Shown one piece after another: positions 29,225 to 39,348 of a stretch of DNA of 64,000 bases. Position 1 is the stretch's first letter. Each line of letters opens with the position of its first letter. A model generated the notes under the pieces. That model had not been told where the DNA came from. It searched no databases and saw only the letters and a program-made list of their open reading frames with translations. Source of the DNA: Parcubacteria group bacterium (GTDB taxonomy: Bacteria > Patescibacteriota > Minisyncoccia > Moranbacterales > UBA2206). Location: NCBI GenBank assembly GCA_041661275.1, contig JBAZUU010000001.1:229057-293056 (forward strand), read 5' to 3'. The position numbers and the translations under genes are program-made.

Positions 29225-29359
29225 TGTGCATTTTTTGCACATATTAAATAAGGATGCATTTGATTGTTCACAATGGACACATGTTCCATTTTGGAACATA
29301 TTAAAAAAATCAATTCTTTTCAAAAAGGGAATGGTTCAGTTATCCGGAAATTCCGGATA
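29225..29359. promoter_or_regulatory. three operator-like palindromes upstream of the GHKL/STAS operon
   Basis: TGTGCA-N5-TGCACA (29225-29241), ATGTTCCA-TTTT-TGGAACAT (29281-29299) and TATCCGGAA-A-TTCCGGATA (29339-29359). Confidence 0.5.
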
Positions 29360-29409
29360 GTTGGGTGATAATTTTTGACTGTAGAGGTATTATTTAGTAT
29401 AGTCTTACT

Positions 29410-29982
29410 ATGGATACCAACTTAGAAAAATTAGGATATCAGTGGATAACTGCGACATCCGACAGTGTCGACGTTGAGAGTGAGTATTATTGCCAGACGA
29501 AAGATATCTTTGAAGCAAGAAATGATAGGATGTCCGAGGAACTTATAATCAGGGGAATGGATGACGGGTTGGCTTATCTCATTTACGCGATCGCCGGAGA
29601 GTTGGGGAATAACTCTTTTGATCATAATATTGGCAATTGGCCCAATGTAATGGGAATTTTTTATGCTTTTGATTATGATGGAAAAAATGGGATTTTAGTA
29701 ATAGCGGACAGGGGAATCGGTGTCTTGGGTAGCCTAAAGAATGCCGTGTCAAATCTAAAAGATGATAAGGAAGCATTAGAGATAGCATTTACCAAGAAAA
29801 TATCTAGTCGTGTTTTGGAAAATAGGGGCAATGGATTAAAGTTTATCAAAAGCAATGTTTCAGAGAAGAATTTTACGCTGGAATTTATTTCCGGAAACGC
29901 TAAGGCGGATCTCAATCATGATATGAAGATAAGCGAAGCCGAGCAGCTCATTGCTGGGTGCCTGGCGATTTTAAAATTTTAA
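29410..29982 (+). CDS. GHKL-superfamily ATPase-domain protein (HATPase_c; anti-sigma/serine-kinase-like)
   Basis: N box ELGNNSFDH, G1 box ADRGIGV and G2 box NRGNGLKF. Confidence 0.7.
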   Translation: MDTNLEKLGYQWITATSDSVDVESEYYCQTKDIFEARNDRMSEELIIRGMDDGLAYLIYAIAGELGNNSFDHNIGNWPNVMGIFYAFDYDGKNGILVIADRGIGVLGSLKNAVSNLKDDKEALEIAFTKKISSRVLENRGNGLKFIKSNVSEKNFTLEFISGNAKADLNHDMKISEAEQLIAGCLAILKF

Positions 29983-29987
29983 AAATT

Positions 29988-30269
29988 ATGAAAATTGAAA
30001 TAATAAAATACGGCGACAAGCTTGTTTCTCGCCCATCAGGAAGAGAAGTGTTTTTGTCTATGGAGTCGAATATTCTAAAAGACTTATCAAATGATGAGCC
30101 TATAGAGATAGATTTCGCCGGAGTAAAGGCACTGACTCCTTCTTGGGCTGATGAAGTAATTACAAAAATCGCTCAGCGATTTAAAAAGGTGAGTTTAGTC
30201 AATACTGAAAATATGACCGTCCAGGCGACACTGAAAACCCTACGGGAATATTCGGATTTGAAGGTATAG
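29988..30269 (+). CDS. STAS-like (DUF4325-like) small protein, partner of the upstream GHKL ATPase
   Basis: DFAGVKALTPSWADEVITKIAQ resembles a STAS/DUF4325 core. I take the start at MKIEIIKYG, 6 nt after the upstream stop. Confidence 0.5.
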   Translation: MKIEIIKYGDKLVSRPSGREVFLSMESNILKDLSNDEPIEIDFAGVKALTPSWADEVITKIAQRFKKVSLVNTENMTVQATLKTLREYSDLKV

Positions 30270-30435
30270 AAAACATTGCAATGAATTTGCTGCGGCAAAA
30301 AATGTAGTGTTTTTTTATTTTGTTTTTTGGAAATAAAAAAGCCCGGCGCGGTGGCGTTGAGTAGAACAAAAAATAAAAAAAGCCTGGAATATTTTGATTT
30401 TCCAGGCGGTGGTTATTTTGTCTTTGTGAGTAGTA

Positions 30436-30933
30436 TTATTGAAAGTCAAGTGATTTGAGAATTTTCTTCCAAAATGAACGATGTTCTTTTTTTGATTGAC
30501 AAAAGGACTCCTGACTTACTTTGACTTTGAGCATGTCTCTAAAATAAGAGCATTCAGTCGGTGGTTCAACCTTGATGCCCTCCCCTGAATCTGAACCCCA
30601 TGGCAGATCGATCGTGTTCGGATGTGGTTTTCCACCATTTCTGTCCCAGATGACCAGACCATAAATTTCATAATTGCCAGGCAAAAGAAATCTTATCGTT
30701 GTCTCTTTTTGGAAAAGAGGAATAAATTTCTTTTCCCAGATACGCAGATAGTTTCGACTTCCCTCGGAATTGCAGGCGACTATGATAGCCATAAATGGTT
30801 TTGTTGCCCAGTGTGTTTGCAGGTCGGATTCAAGATATTTATCAATTTCCCATTTTAGCACCAATTCCGGTTTTTCCAATTCCATCACCGGAGTTGTCCA
30901 GTCATCACTTTCTCTCTTAAAAAGACGGCTCAT
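30436..30933 (-). CDS. hypothetical protein
   Basis: 165 aa ORF. Its GC content is higher than the flanking DNA. Confidence 0.45.
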   Translation of the reverse strand: MSRLFKRESDDWTTPVMELEKPELVLKWEIDKYLESDLQTHWATKPFMAIIVACNSEGSRNYLRIWEKKFIPLFQKETTIRFLLPGNYEIYGLVIWDRNGGKPHPNTIDLPWGSDSGEGIKVEPPTECSYFRDMLKVKVSQESFCQSKKEHRSFWKKILKSLDFQ

Positions 30934-30948
30934 GATACTATCCTTTCC

Positions 30949-31467
30949 TCAGAACTGTGTGAACAGCTCTCTCAGAGCTTCTATTATCAGAAACACCCGA
31001 TAGTAATGATCTCCGAGCCCGTAGTTAACTGAGTGATAATGGTTTCCGCACTGCTGGACCGCCTGAATATGGAGCTTACCTTCATCGTCTGAAAATAAAA
31101 AAAGAGAATGAAATTTGGGGTGGCACTTTCTCATGTAATCAAAATTTCTCTCTTCCTCGGCCTTCTCTACCAAAAGAAGATATTTCTTTTCGATTGCAGT
31201 TTGGCAAGACTCAGGAAAATTGAATGGTGCGTAAAGACAGGTTAATGGTAGGTGAATTCCTCTCGCTTGAAGTCTCCTTAACATCTCTTCGATCGCATGT
31301 CTTGATGCGCTACCGAAGCACATGAATATTGATCCATGCAGTTGTTGCATCTGGCTGATGGAAAGCAGAAGTATAATTGATTTTTCCTCTCCACTGATTA
31401 TCTTTTCAGTCAGATCTTGTATTTCATCTGGACCATAAAACCTGTTCCAATCCGATTTAATATCCAT
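30949..31467 (-). CDS. hypothetical protein
   Basis: 172 aa, Cys/His-rich, with no family recognised. Confidence 0.45.
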   Translation of the reverse strand: MDIKSDWNRFYGPDEIQDLTEKIISGEEKSIILLLSISQMQQLHGSIFMCFGSASRHAIEEMLRRLQARGIHLPLTCLYAPFNFPESCQTAIEKKYLLLVEKAEEERNFDYMRKCHPKFHSLFLFSDDEGKLHIQAVQQCGNHYHSVNYGLGDHYYRVFLIIEALRELFTQF

Positions 31468-31729
31468 TTAATTCCCCTTTCCTTTTTTGTCGTTCAAGTT
31501 CTCGATTGAGCCTGCAAAATCCATCGTAACTATCAATTAAAAATACTCCAAACATACCAAAAGTAACAATAGTTAGAATGATGAAAATTGCGACAATATA
31601 AATGATGCAAACAAGATAAAGTATAAGAAGTATCAATTTGCAAAGTATTTTCACTAAAAGCCACGCAATTTCGAAGATGCTAGGATCTTGCTTCATTACT
31701 TCTCCAATTCCACTGGGGGTATTTTTCAA
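31457..31729 (-). CDS. small membrane protein
   Basis: 90 aa with one long hydrophobic segment. It overlaps the downstream ORF by 11 nt. Confidence 0.4.
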   Translation of the reverse strand: MKNTPSGIGEVMKQDPSIFEIAWLLVKILCKLILLILYLVCIIYIVAIFIILTIVTFGMFGVFLIDSYDGFCRLNRELERQKRKGELNGY

Positions 31730-31862
31730 AGATCCCTGTCTTTTATAGACATCTAGCTATTCTAGAGAAAAATTTATTGTTTGTCAATATATTTAAAACA
31801 AATTATTGACTAATTTTTAAAAATAAGCTAGAATTTGGCTATAAAGTGCTAATGTTTATAAA

Positions 31863-32846
31863 ATGCTGGAAGAATTAGACAAAAAGATGTTATATAGCTT
31901 GGATGAAGATTCATCGAAATCTTTGACGCATATAAGCCAAGAATTGGAGATTACGCCGCAGCTGGTCAAATATCACCTGGAAAAACTGGAAAAAGAGGGT
32001 ATTATTTTGGCTTATTGGCCAATGATTGAGTTTAGAAAACTGGGGTATTTTAACGTGTCTTACTTCCTAAAATTAAAAAACCTCTCTTTGGAAATTGAAA
32101 AAAACATCTACCAATATCTGAAAAATAAAAATGATTTCAATATTGTAATGCGGGGAGACGGGTATTGGGACTTGCATATAACAATTTCCACCAAAAGTAT
32201 TTTTAGGTCGGTGGAAATTTTCAATGAATTTTATGATAAGTTTCATCATTATATTTTTACCTATGATACAGCCATTTCCGTCGGCTTCTATCAATTTAGA
32301 AGAGAATATCTAAACGATAAAAAATCAATAAAGCAAAGATCAAAAATTCCAATGGCTTATACTGGAGCCGATGTTGCCAAGGTTGAACTAAAAAAGAAAG
32401 ATTTGGAGATAATTTCTGAGTTAAATAGAAATTCTAGGCAAAATTACGCGGATCTGGCGAAAAAGTTAAAAATATCAAGAGACAGTGTGATTTATAGTTT
32501 GGAAAAAATTAAAAAAGACGAAATTATCCAAAGTCATACATATTTGTTAAATCATGAAAAAATTGGCTTTCCGCGATACAGAATTTTAGTGCAAATGACC
32601 AATCTGACGAGTGAAAAATTTCAGGATTTTTTTGATTTTTGTCAGGATCATCCTAACATAATTCATCTTCTGCGGTTATTCGGCAATTGGCAGGCGCTGA
32701 TTGACGTAGAAATTGAGAATCGGGAGAAGCTGAGAAAGCTATTTGGGCAGATTACTAATAATTTTGATGGTTTAGTTTTGCGTCTGGAAAATACGCAAGT
32801 GTATAAGATTGATAAGTTTCGGGATGTGCCATTTGATATTATTTGA
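31863..32846 (+). CDS. tandem-duplicated Lrp/AsnC-like winged-helix transcriptional regulator
   Basis: Two HTH-like segments (LTHISQELEITPQLVKYHLEKLEKEGII; YADLAKKLKISRDSVIYSLEKIKKDEII), each followed by a RAM-like region. Confidence 0.5.
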   Translation: MLEELDKKMLYSLDEDSSKSLTHISQELEITPQLVKYHLEKLEKEGIILAYWPMIEFRKLGYFNVSYFLKLKNLSLEIEKNIYQYLKNKNDFNIVMRGDGYWDLHITISTKSIFRSVEIFNEFYDKFHHYIFTYDTAISVGFYQFRREYLNDKKSIKQRSKIPMAYTGADVAKVELKKKDLEIISELNRNSRQNYADLAKKLKISRDSVIYSLEKIKKDEIIQSHTYLLNHEKIGFPRYRILVQMTNLTSEKFQDFFDFCQDHPNIIHLLRLFGNWQALIDVEIENREKLRKLFGQITNNFDGLVLRLENTQVYKIDKFRDVPFDII

Positions 32847-32888
32847 AATTTTCGTCGGTGGATGGTAGTGTATAATACCAATGAAGGT

Positions 32889-32942
32889 GCCCTCTCTGTC
32901 ACGATAAGAATCGTGACATCTCTCCCGGAGGGAGAGAAGGAT
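32889..32942 (+). repeat. CCCTCTCC structured repeat, copy 4, upstream of cca
   Basis: GCCCTCTCTGTC-ACGATAAGAATCGT-GACATCTCTCCCGGAGGGAGAGAAGGATA. A TATAAT box lies just upstream at about 32870. Confidence 0.8.
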
Positions 32943-32956
32943 AATGAAGAAGATTT

Positions 32957-34525
32957 ATGATTGATAAAATCCCACAATATGTAATTGGAATTATCCAAAA
33001 ACTTGAAACTGCCGGTTTTGAGGGTTTTGTGGTGGGCGGGTGCGTGCGGGATATACTTTTGGATAAAGAGCCAAAGGATTGGGATGTGGCGACGAACGCC
33101 AAGCCGGAGGAAATAATGAAAATATTTACGGACAGTGTTTATGAGAATGAATTTGGAACAGTTGGAATAAAAATTAAGGCCGATCCGAATCTACGAATGA
33201 AATCCGAATCTACGAATGAGTCAGGAGTAACCATTGATGTTGTGGAAATTACCACTTATAGAATTGAATCCAAGTATTCTGATAAGCGGCATCCGGATAG
33301 TGTAAAATTTGCGAAGACTCTGGAAGAAGATTTGAGTCGGAGAGATTTTACGGTTAATGCGATGGCGTTGCGTTTGAATTTTTCTAAGGTTCGACCTTTC
33401 CCTTCCTCGAGCAAAGCTCTCGGAATTCCTCAAGGTCAAACCTTGAAAAATTTCGAATATGAAATAATTGATCCGTTTATTGGACAAAATGATCTGAAAA
33501 ATAAAATCATTCGGGCTGTTGGAAAAGCGAATGATAGGTTCAACGAAGATGCGCTGCGCATGATGCGAGCGATTCGTTTTGCAGTGCAGTTAGATTTTAA
33601 GATTGAGAAAAAGACATTTCTAGCTATCAAAAAGAATGCGAAAAACTTAAAGTTCATTTCCCAAGAAAGGATAAAAGACGAGTTTGAAAAGATAATTTTG
33701 TCGCCAAAGCCGGCGGAAGGGATAAAACTTCTTTATGAGTCCGGATTACTTTTTCAATTCATTCCTGAAATGGAGGAATCAGTCGGATTTGAACAGGGTT
33801 TTCATCATTATCACGGGCCATATCGCATGGTTTTTGATCATATGGTGGCGTCGCTCGAACATTGTCCATCAGAAAAACTCGAAGTACGATTAGCTTGTCT
33901 ATTTCATGATATTGGAAAACCAAGAACGGCTGGAGGAAAGGGGATAGAAACTACGTTTTATAACCACCAATACGCCGGAGCAAGAATGACGCGCGAAATC
34001 CTGCGACGTTTGCGATTTTCACGTGAAACAATTGAAAAGACAGTTATGCTGGTGCAAAACCATATGTTTTTCTATGATGTTGATCAAGTGGGGGAAGCAG
34101 GAGTGAGGCGAGTAGTGCGTCGGGTAGGACTGGAAAATATCAACGACCTCATCGACGTGCGGATTGGAGATAGGCTTGGGTCGGGAGTGGCGAAGGCGGT
34201 GCCATATAAACTGCGTCACTTCAAATATATGGTGGAAAAAGTATCGCATGATCCGATTTCGGTGAAACAATTGAAAATAAACGGCAATGATTTAATGAAT
34301 GAGTTGAAACTTGCTCCCGGACCGAAAATTGGGGCGATTTTGGACGTGCTGCTAGCAGAGGTTATTGATAACCCGGCGTTGAATGATAAAAAACAACTGT
34401 TAAAAAGGGCTAAGGATTTGGAAATCAGGGATATTGGGGAAATTAGGGAAATGGCCAAAAGGAAAATAGAAGAGGAAAAACAGGTGGAAGATAAAAAAAT
34501 CAAAGGAAAGTACTGGGTTAAATAG
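32957..34525 (+). CDS. cca: CCA-adding tRNA nucleotidyltransferase / poly(A)-polymerase family with HD domain
   Basis: GGCVRDILL...DWD head domain and HD motif LACLFHDIGKP. It contains a tandem 16/19 nt duplication (33184-33218) that encodes an extra loop. Confidence 0.8.
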   Translation: MIDKIPQYVIGIIQKLETAGFEGFVVGGCVRDILLDKEPKDWDVATNAKPEEIMKIFTDSVYENEFGTVGIKIKADPNLRMKSESTNESGVTIDVVEITTYRIESKYSDKRHPDSVKFAKTLEEDLSRRDFTVNAMALRLNFSKVRPFPSSSKALGIPQGQTLKNFEYEIIDPFIGQNDLKNKIIRAVGKANDRFNEDALRMMRAIRFAVQLDFKIEKKTFLAIKKNAKNLKFISQERIKDEFEKIILSPKPAEGIKLLYESGLLFQFIPEMEESVGFEQGFHHYHGPYRMVFDHMVASLEHCPSEKLEVRLACLFHDIGKPRTAGGKGIETTFYNHQYAGARMTREILRRLRFSRETIEKTVMLVQNHMFFYDVDQVGEAGVRRVVRRVGLENINDLIDVRIGDRLGSGVAKAVPYKLRHFKYMVEKVSHDPISVKQLKINGNDLMNELKLAPGPKIGAILDVLLAEVIDNPALNDKKQLLKRAKDLEIRDIGEIREMAKRKIEEEKQVEDKKIKGKYWVK

Positions 34526-34545
34526 CATTCTGGTATAATAAAGGT

Positions 34546-34614
34546 GCCCTCTCCTGTCAGCCAGAATTTTAAGAAAAATTCAGACTGACATCCTCTCCCA
34601 AAGGGAGAGGAGGA
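34546..34614 (+). repeat. CCCTCTCC structured repeat, copy 5 (long inner hairpin), upstream of the ORF at 34634
   Basis: GCCCTCTCCTGTC-AGCCAGAATTTTAAGAAAAATTCAGACT-GACATCCTCTCCCAAAGGGAGAGGAGGA, with TATAAT immediately upstream. Confidence 0.8.
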
Positions 34615-34633
34615 TAATGCAGGTTACTATTTT

Positions 34634-35278
34634 ATGGCTTCGCAAATTGCCCATATAATATATGACAATAGTTTCTTCAAAAAAATTGAGAAAAGTGGGA
34701 TTTCCGGTTTAATCTTGCCGGCGGAAAAATTGAATCGAGAGGAGTTTATTCTAGGTTCGGTTTTTCCCGATGTCAGAAGGATTGATAATTCTATCAAGAG
34801 AAGGGACACGCATATGCACTTTACCTTAATCGATCTTGATTTTTCCGGGCTAACTTCTTTTGAAGCAGGATGGAAGTTCCATCTCTATTGTGATATGAGG
34901 CGGGAAGAAATTTTGAATAAATATAAGTTTTATGATCTAGAAAACACTTCTGATTTCTATGGACATCCGGCGAAAATTTTGGAAGACGAATTGGTCTATG
35001 ATGATTATAATAACTGGGAAAAGATGTCGCTCTATCTCAAAAATCCGCCATTTCATCCGGTTCTTGATAGTGTCAATGAAGATACATACCGGCTTTGGTA
35101 TGCAATGATTTCCAGATATGTAGAAAGAAAACCTGATGATGCGACAATGCGAACTTTTCTTCTCAAGCAAGTTAATCTGGATGCAAAAATAAATCTTCTG
35201 GTAGAACACGTGGGGAAAATAAGGAAAAACAAAAAAGCAAAGGAAATTTTATTAAAAATTAAGGAAGAAATAATATGA
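34634..35278 (+). CDS. hypothetical protein
   Basis: 214 aa. Its stop overlaps the start of the next gene (ATGA). Confidence 0.45.
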   Translation: MASQIAHIIYDNSFFKKIEKSGISGLILPAEKLNREEFILGSVFPDVRRIDNSIKRRDTHMHFTLIDLDFSGLTSFEAGWKFHLYCDMRREEILNKYKFYDLENTSDFYGHPAKILEDELVYDDYNNWEKMSLYLKNPPFHPVLDSVNEDTYRLWYAMISRYVERKPDDATMRTFLLKQVNLDAKINLLVEHVGKIRKNKKAKEILLKIKEEII

Positions 35279-35718
35279 AAATAATAAACCATGTGATGAA
35301 GATGACGACCAGCGCTACCTTGGATTTTATTGATGTAACGGACAAAGTGAAGAAAATAATAAAGGAAAAAGGAATAAAAAACGGGATAATCAATGTTCAG
35401 TCGATGCATACAACTTTTGCCGTTATTATCCAGGAGGCCGAACCCTTGCTTTTAGGCGATCTCAAAAAGACGTTGGAAAAGGTAGCGCCAAGAACGACAA
35501 AATATATGCATGACAATTTCAAAATTCGGACTGTGAACATGAATCCGAATGAACCTATAAACGGGCATAGCCATTGCAAAGCAGTCTTTTTGACGCCTGG
35601 AGTATTTTTGAATATTGTGAAATCAGAATTGCAGTTAGGACAGTGGCAAAGAATTTTCGCGGTGGAACTTGATGACGCGCGGCCGAGAAGGATCGCTTTA
35701 CAGATAATTGGACGATGA
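35275..35718 (+). CDS. YjbQ/UPF0047-family protein (secondary thiamine-phosphate synthase-like)
   Basis: Length and motifs (GIINVQSMHTTFAVIIQE...NGHSHCKA) fit YjbQ. Confidence 0.7.
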   Translation: MKIINHVMKMTTSATLDFIDVTDKVKKIIKEKGIKNGIINVQSMHTTFAVIIQEAEPLLLGDLKKTLEKVAPRTTKYMHDNFKIRTVNMNPNEPINGHSHCKAVFLTPGVFLNIVKSELQLGQWQRIFAVELDDARPRRIALQIIGR

Positions 35719-35806
35719 AATAACGTAAGTTGACATTGACAGAAAAGGAATTTTTCGAGATTAAAAATTCTTTTTATTTCTTATAATTATCTTATATTTT
35801 AAAATT

Positions 35807-37477
35807 ATGAAATCAGACATTCAAATCGCGCAGGAAGCAAAAATGAAACCGATAAAGGAAATAGCAAAAAAAGCAGGGATAGGGGAAAAAGATCTGGAAT
35901 TTTATGGTGATTATAAAGCCAAATTGAAACCAGAACTTTGGGATAAGATCAAAAAAAGAAAAGATGGAAAGTTGATATTGGTTACAGCTATCAATCCGAC
36001 TCCGGCGGGAGAAGGAAAGACCACCACTTCTATAGGGCTTGCGCAAGCGATGAACGCTATGGGGAAAAGAACGATGCTGGCGCTTCGCGAACCATCCCTT
36101 GGCCCATGCATGGGAATAAAGGGTGGAGCGGCGGGTGGCGGATATTCGCAAGTAATGCCGATGGATGAGATAAATCTGCATTTTACTGGTGACATTCACG
36201 CGGTGACGACGGCCAATAATCTATTGTCCGCGATGATTGATAATCATATCTATCACGGAAATATCCTGGGAATTGATCCGGAAAAAGTGATTTGGAAAAG
36301 ATGTATGGATTTGAACGACAGGGCACTGCGAAAAGTGACGGTGGATTTGAGCAAAAAAAATAAAAAATTAATCCGTGATGACAATTTTAATATCTCCGTA
36401 GCATCAGAAATAATGGCCATTCTTTGTCTTTCAGAGAATATCATTGATCTCAAAAAAAGAATTGACCGGATAATCGTAGCGTATAATTTTCGAGGATTTC
36501 CAATATACGCCAAAGATTTGAAAGCGACAGGCGCCATAGCCGTACTTCTAAAAGATGCTCTGAAACCTAACTTGGTACAAACTCTTGAGCATACGCCAGC
36601 ATTAATCCACGGCGGGCCGTTTGCCAACATTGCTCATGGTTGTAATTCCATCCTTGCTACCCGCTATGGCTTGAAACTGGGGGATTATCTCATAACGGAA
36701 GCGGGATTCGGAGCAGACCTTGGGGCGGAAAAATTTTTTGACATAAAATGCCGGATGGCGAAATTAAAACCGGATGCTGTGGTCGTCGTAGCAACGATCA
36801 GATCTTTGAAGTACAACGGGGGAACTAATCTAGCGGACGTAAAGACGCAAAATCTTGCGTCTCTACAAAGGGGCGCGGCCAATTTGGGAAAGCATATTGA
36901 AAATATCAAAAAATTTGGCGTGCCAGCGATAGTAGCGGTCAATGTTTTTCCGGATGATACGAAAGAGGAAATAGAATTGGTGAAAAATATTTGCCAAAAG
37001 CTAGGTGCGGAAATGGCGGTGTCGCGAGTTTGGGCGGAGGGCGGAGAAGGCGGAAAGGAACTGGCTCAAACCCTACTCAAAACTTTAAAAAATAAAAAAT
37101 CCCATTTCAAACCTGTTTATGACACAAAGAAAAGTATTAAAGAAAAAATAAATATCATTGCCCGGGAAATTTATGGAGCGCGCGATGTGAAATTTTCCGC
37201 GCGGGCGATAGAGAATATAAAAAAGATAGAAAAAAATAAACTGGATAAAGTTCCAGTTTGCATTGCCAAGACACAATATTCTTTGACGGATGATCCCAAA
37301 ATTTTGGGTCGTCCAAAAGATTTTACAATTTCTGTTTCCGAAGTAAGAATCAGTAATGGCGCGGGATTTGTGGTGGCGCTGGCTGGAGACATAATGACTA
37401 TGCCAGGATTGCCCAAAGTTCCGGCGGCAGAAAAGATTGATGTTGATGGCAAAGGTAGGATTTCGGGATTGTTCTAG
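35807..37477 (+). CDS. fhs: formate--tetrahydrofolate ligase
   Basis: [17 protein letters not shown] and colinearity with FTHFS throughout. Confidence 0.95.
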   Translation: MKSDIQIAQEAKMKPIKEIAKKAGIGEKDLEFYGDYKAKLKPELWDKIKKRKDGKLILVTAINPTPAGEGKTTTSIGLAQAMNAMGKRTMLALREPSLGPCMGIKGGAAGGGYSQVMPMDEINLHFTGDIHAVTTANNLLSAMIDNHIYHGNILGIDPEKVIWKRCMDLNDRALRKVTVDLSKKNKKLIRDDNFNISVASEIMAILCLSENIIDLKKRIDRIIVAYNFRGFPIYAKDLKATGAIAVLLKDALKPNLVQTLEHTPALIHGGPFANIAHGCNSILATRYGLKLGDYLITEAGFGADLGAEKFFDIKCRMAKLKPDAVVVVATIRSLKYNGGTNLADVKTQNLASLQRGAANLGKHIENIKKFGVPAIVAVNVFPDDTKEEIELVKNICQKLGAEMAVSRVWAEGGEGGKELAQTLLKTLKNKKSHFKPVYDTKKSIKEKINIIAREIYGARDVKFSARAIENIKKIEKNKLDKVPVCIAKTQYSLTDDPKILGRPKDFTISVSEVRISNGAGFVVALAGDIMTMPGLPKVPAAEKIDVDGKGRISGLF

Positions 37478-37618
37478 CTTAAGAGGAGAGAATAAAAAAT
37501 ATTTTTAAAATAACTCGAACGCTCTATTTTCTTTTCAAAATTTTCCCTCAATCGACGGCATCCGAAGGAAAATTTTGAAGAAAATAGGCATTCTCAAACA
37601 AGATTTTAAAAATATTTT

Positions 37619-38824
37619 TTATTCTCTCCTTTCTGTGTTTATATATTTTTTATTTTTTAATTCTTCTGGCAGATAAACTTGATCCGAACTATTTTCAAGC
37701 GGAGTATATTTGTAATCTTTTCCGTAGCCCAAATCTTTCATCAATTTTGTTGGGGCATTTCGAATGTGAAGCGGAACAGGCAAATTGCCGAATTTTTCCA
37801 CGTCAGCCTTGGCCTTGCCATAAGCTGAATAGGCTGTAACGTCCTTTTTCGAGTTGGAAAGATAAATGACGCACTGCGCCAGATGGACGTTGCATTCCGG
37901 CATACCCAGTTTGTGACAAGCGTCAAAAACAGCATTGGCTAAAATAAGCGCAGTATTGTTAGCTAAGCCGATATCTTCGGATGCGAAACGTACTAATCTT
38001 CTGGCAATATAAACCGGATCTTCGCCGCCTTCAAGCATCCGAGCGAGCCAATAGACGGCGGCATTGGCATCGCCTCCGCGCATTGATTTGTGGAGTGCCG
38101 AAATAATATTATAATGTTCTTCGCCGGTTTTGTCGTAAAGCAGATGGGATTTTTGCAAAACTTCATGGACTAATTTTTCCGTGATGTTTTTGCTTTGATT
38201 GGCCGAAGCTTCAAGGGTGTTGATCGCCATCCTGGCGTCGCCATTGGAGAGATGGGAGATAAGGGTGATAAGGGAAGGCTTTATGGAAATTTTCTTTTTA
38301 TTCTCACTGTTTATTTTTTTAATCGCTCGGTTTATGATTTCATCAATATCTTTAGAGCTCAATTTTTCCAGAACAAAAACGCGCGAGCGGGAAACGAGAG
38401 CGCCGATAACTTCAAAGGATGGATTTTCAGTAGTGGCGCCGATGAGAATGATCGTCCCATTTTCCACATAAGGCAAAAGCGCGTCCTGCTGGGCTTTGTT
38501 CCAGCGATGAATTTCATCGATGAAAAGAATTGTTTTTTGACCAAGACGCTTATTTGTTTTTGCTTTTTCAATAACCTCCAGCAAATTTTTCTTTCCTGAT
38601 GAGACTGCGCTCAACTTTATGAAATCCGACTTCGTAATATTGGCAATGATAGTTGCCAGAGTGGTTTTTCCTGATCCCGGCGGTCCCCAAAGGATCATTG
38701 AAGGCACACTGTCGCTTTCAATGGCTTTCTTTAGGAATGAATTTTTGCCGACCAATTTCTCTTGTCCAAAAAATTCTTCGAGAGACTGTGGACGAATCTG
38801 GTCGGCAAGGGGAGAGGAGTTCAT
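37619..38824 (-). CDS. rarA: replication-associated recombination protein A (MgsA/RarA AAA+ ATPase)
   Basis: ILWGPPGSGKTTLA, DEIHRWNKAQQD and the C-terminal MRGGDANAAVYWLARML. Confidence 0.9.
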   Translation of the reverse strand: MNSSPLADQIRPQSLEEFFGQEKLVGKNSFLKKAIESDSVPSMILWGPPGSGKTTLATIIANITKSDFIKLSAVSSGKKNLLEVIEKAKTNKRLGQKTILFIDEIHRWNKAQQDALLPYVENGTIILIGATTENPSFEVIGALVSRSRVFVLEKLSSKDIDEIINRAIKKINSENKKKISIKPSLITLISHLSNGDARMAINTLEASANQSKNITEKLVHEVLQKSHLLYDKTGEEHYNIISALHKSMRGGDANAAVYWLARMLEGGEDPVYIARRLVRFASEDIGLANNTALILANAVFDACHKLGMPECNVHLAQCVIYLSNSKKDVTAYSAYGKAKADVEKFGNLPVPLHIRNAPTKLMKDLGYGKDYKYTPLENSSDQVYLPEELKNKKYINTERRE

Positions 38825-38941
38825 AGGAGGTGAAGGGGGTAAAGACGGATTAGGACTAGCTAGTGATATTGTATCACTAACATTATAATTTAGGCAAATA
38901 TATAAAAGCCCCCGGAGGGGCCTTTATCTGTTCTATTCAAT

Positions 38942-39181
38942 TTAGTCTCCCATATCTGATGACCCGTTGTCTGAATCATTGTCTCCTGACCTGTCTCCTT
39001 CATGTCTGTCACCTCTGTCGCCACGATTATCGCGATTCTCGCTGTGACGATCGCCTCTGTGGTCTCCGCTGTTGCCATTTTCCTTGGCGAATGCCACCGG
39101 AGCGGCGAATACGCCTAAAGCGAGAACAAGGGAGGAAACTCCGACAAATGCCGCTTTTTTAACTGATGTTAAACTTTTCAT
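38942..39181 (-). CDS. small secreted low-complexity protein with repeated RGD / GDR motifs
   Basis: Signal peptide (MKSLTSVKKAAFVGVSSLVLALGVFAAPVAFA) followed by DHRGDRHSENRDNRGDRGDRHEGDRSGDNDSD. Confidence 0.45.
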   Translation of the reverse strand: MKSLTSVKKAAFVGVSSLVLALGVFAAPVAFAKENGNSGDHRGDRHSENRDNRGDRGDRHEGDRSGDNDSDNGSSDMGD

Positions 39182-39348
39182 TGTTTTGATTTTAATAATT
39201 ACGAATATCTAAAAATATATTATTTTCCCCTATTGCTAGTTATACAAGGGAAAGGCCATTATATTTCTACTCATTCAGTAGGAATTAAAATACTGGCCAA
39301 AAATGGTTTTAGCAGGTAGTATAAAAATATTGATTATTATTACTACTT

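Noticed and set aside
35813-36630. Several 90-130 aa ORFs antisense to fhs
   Set aside because: They are antisense to a high-confidence formate-tetrahydrofolate ligase gene, and I recognise no motifs in them.
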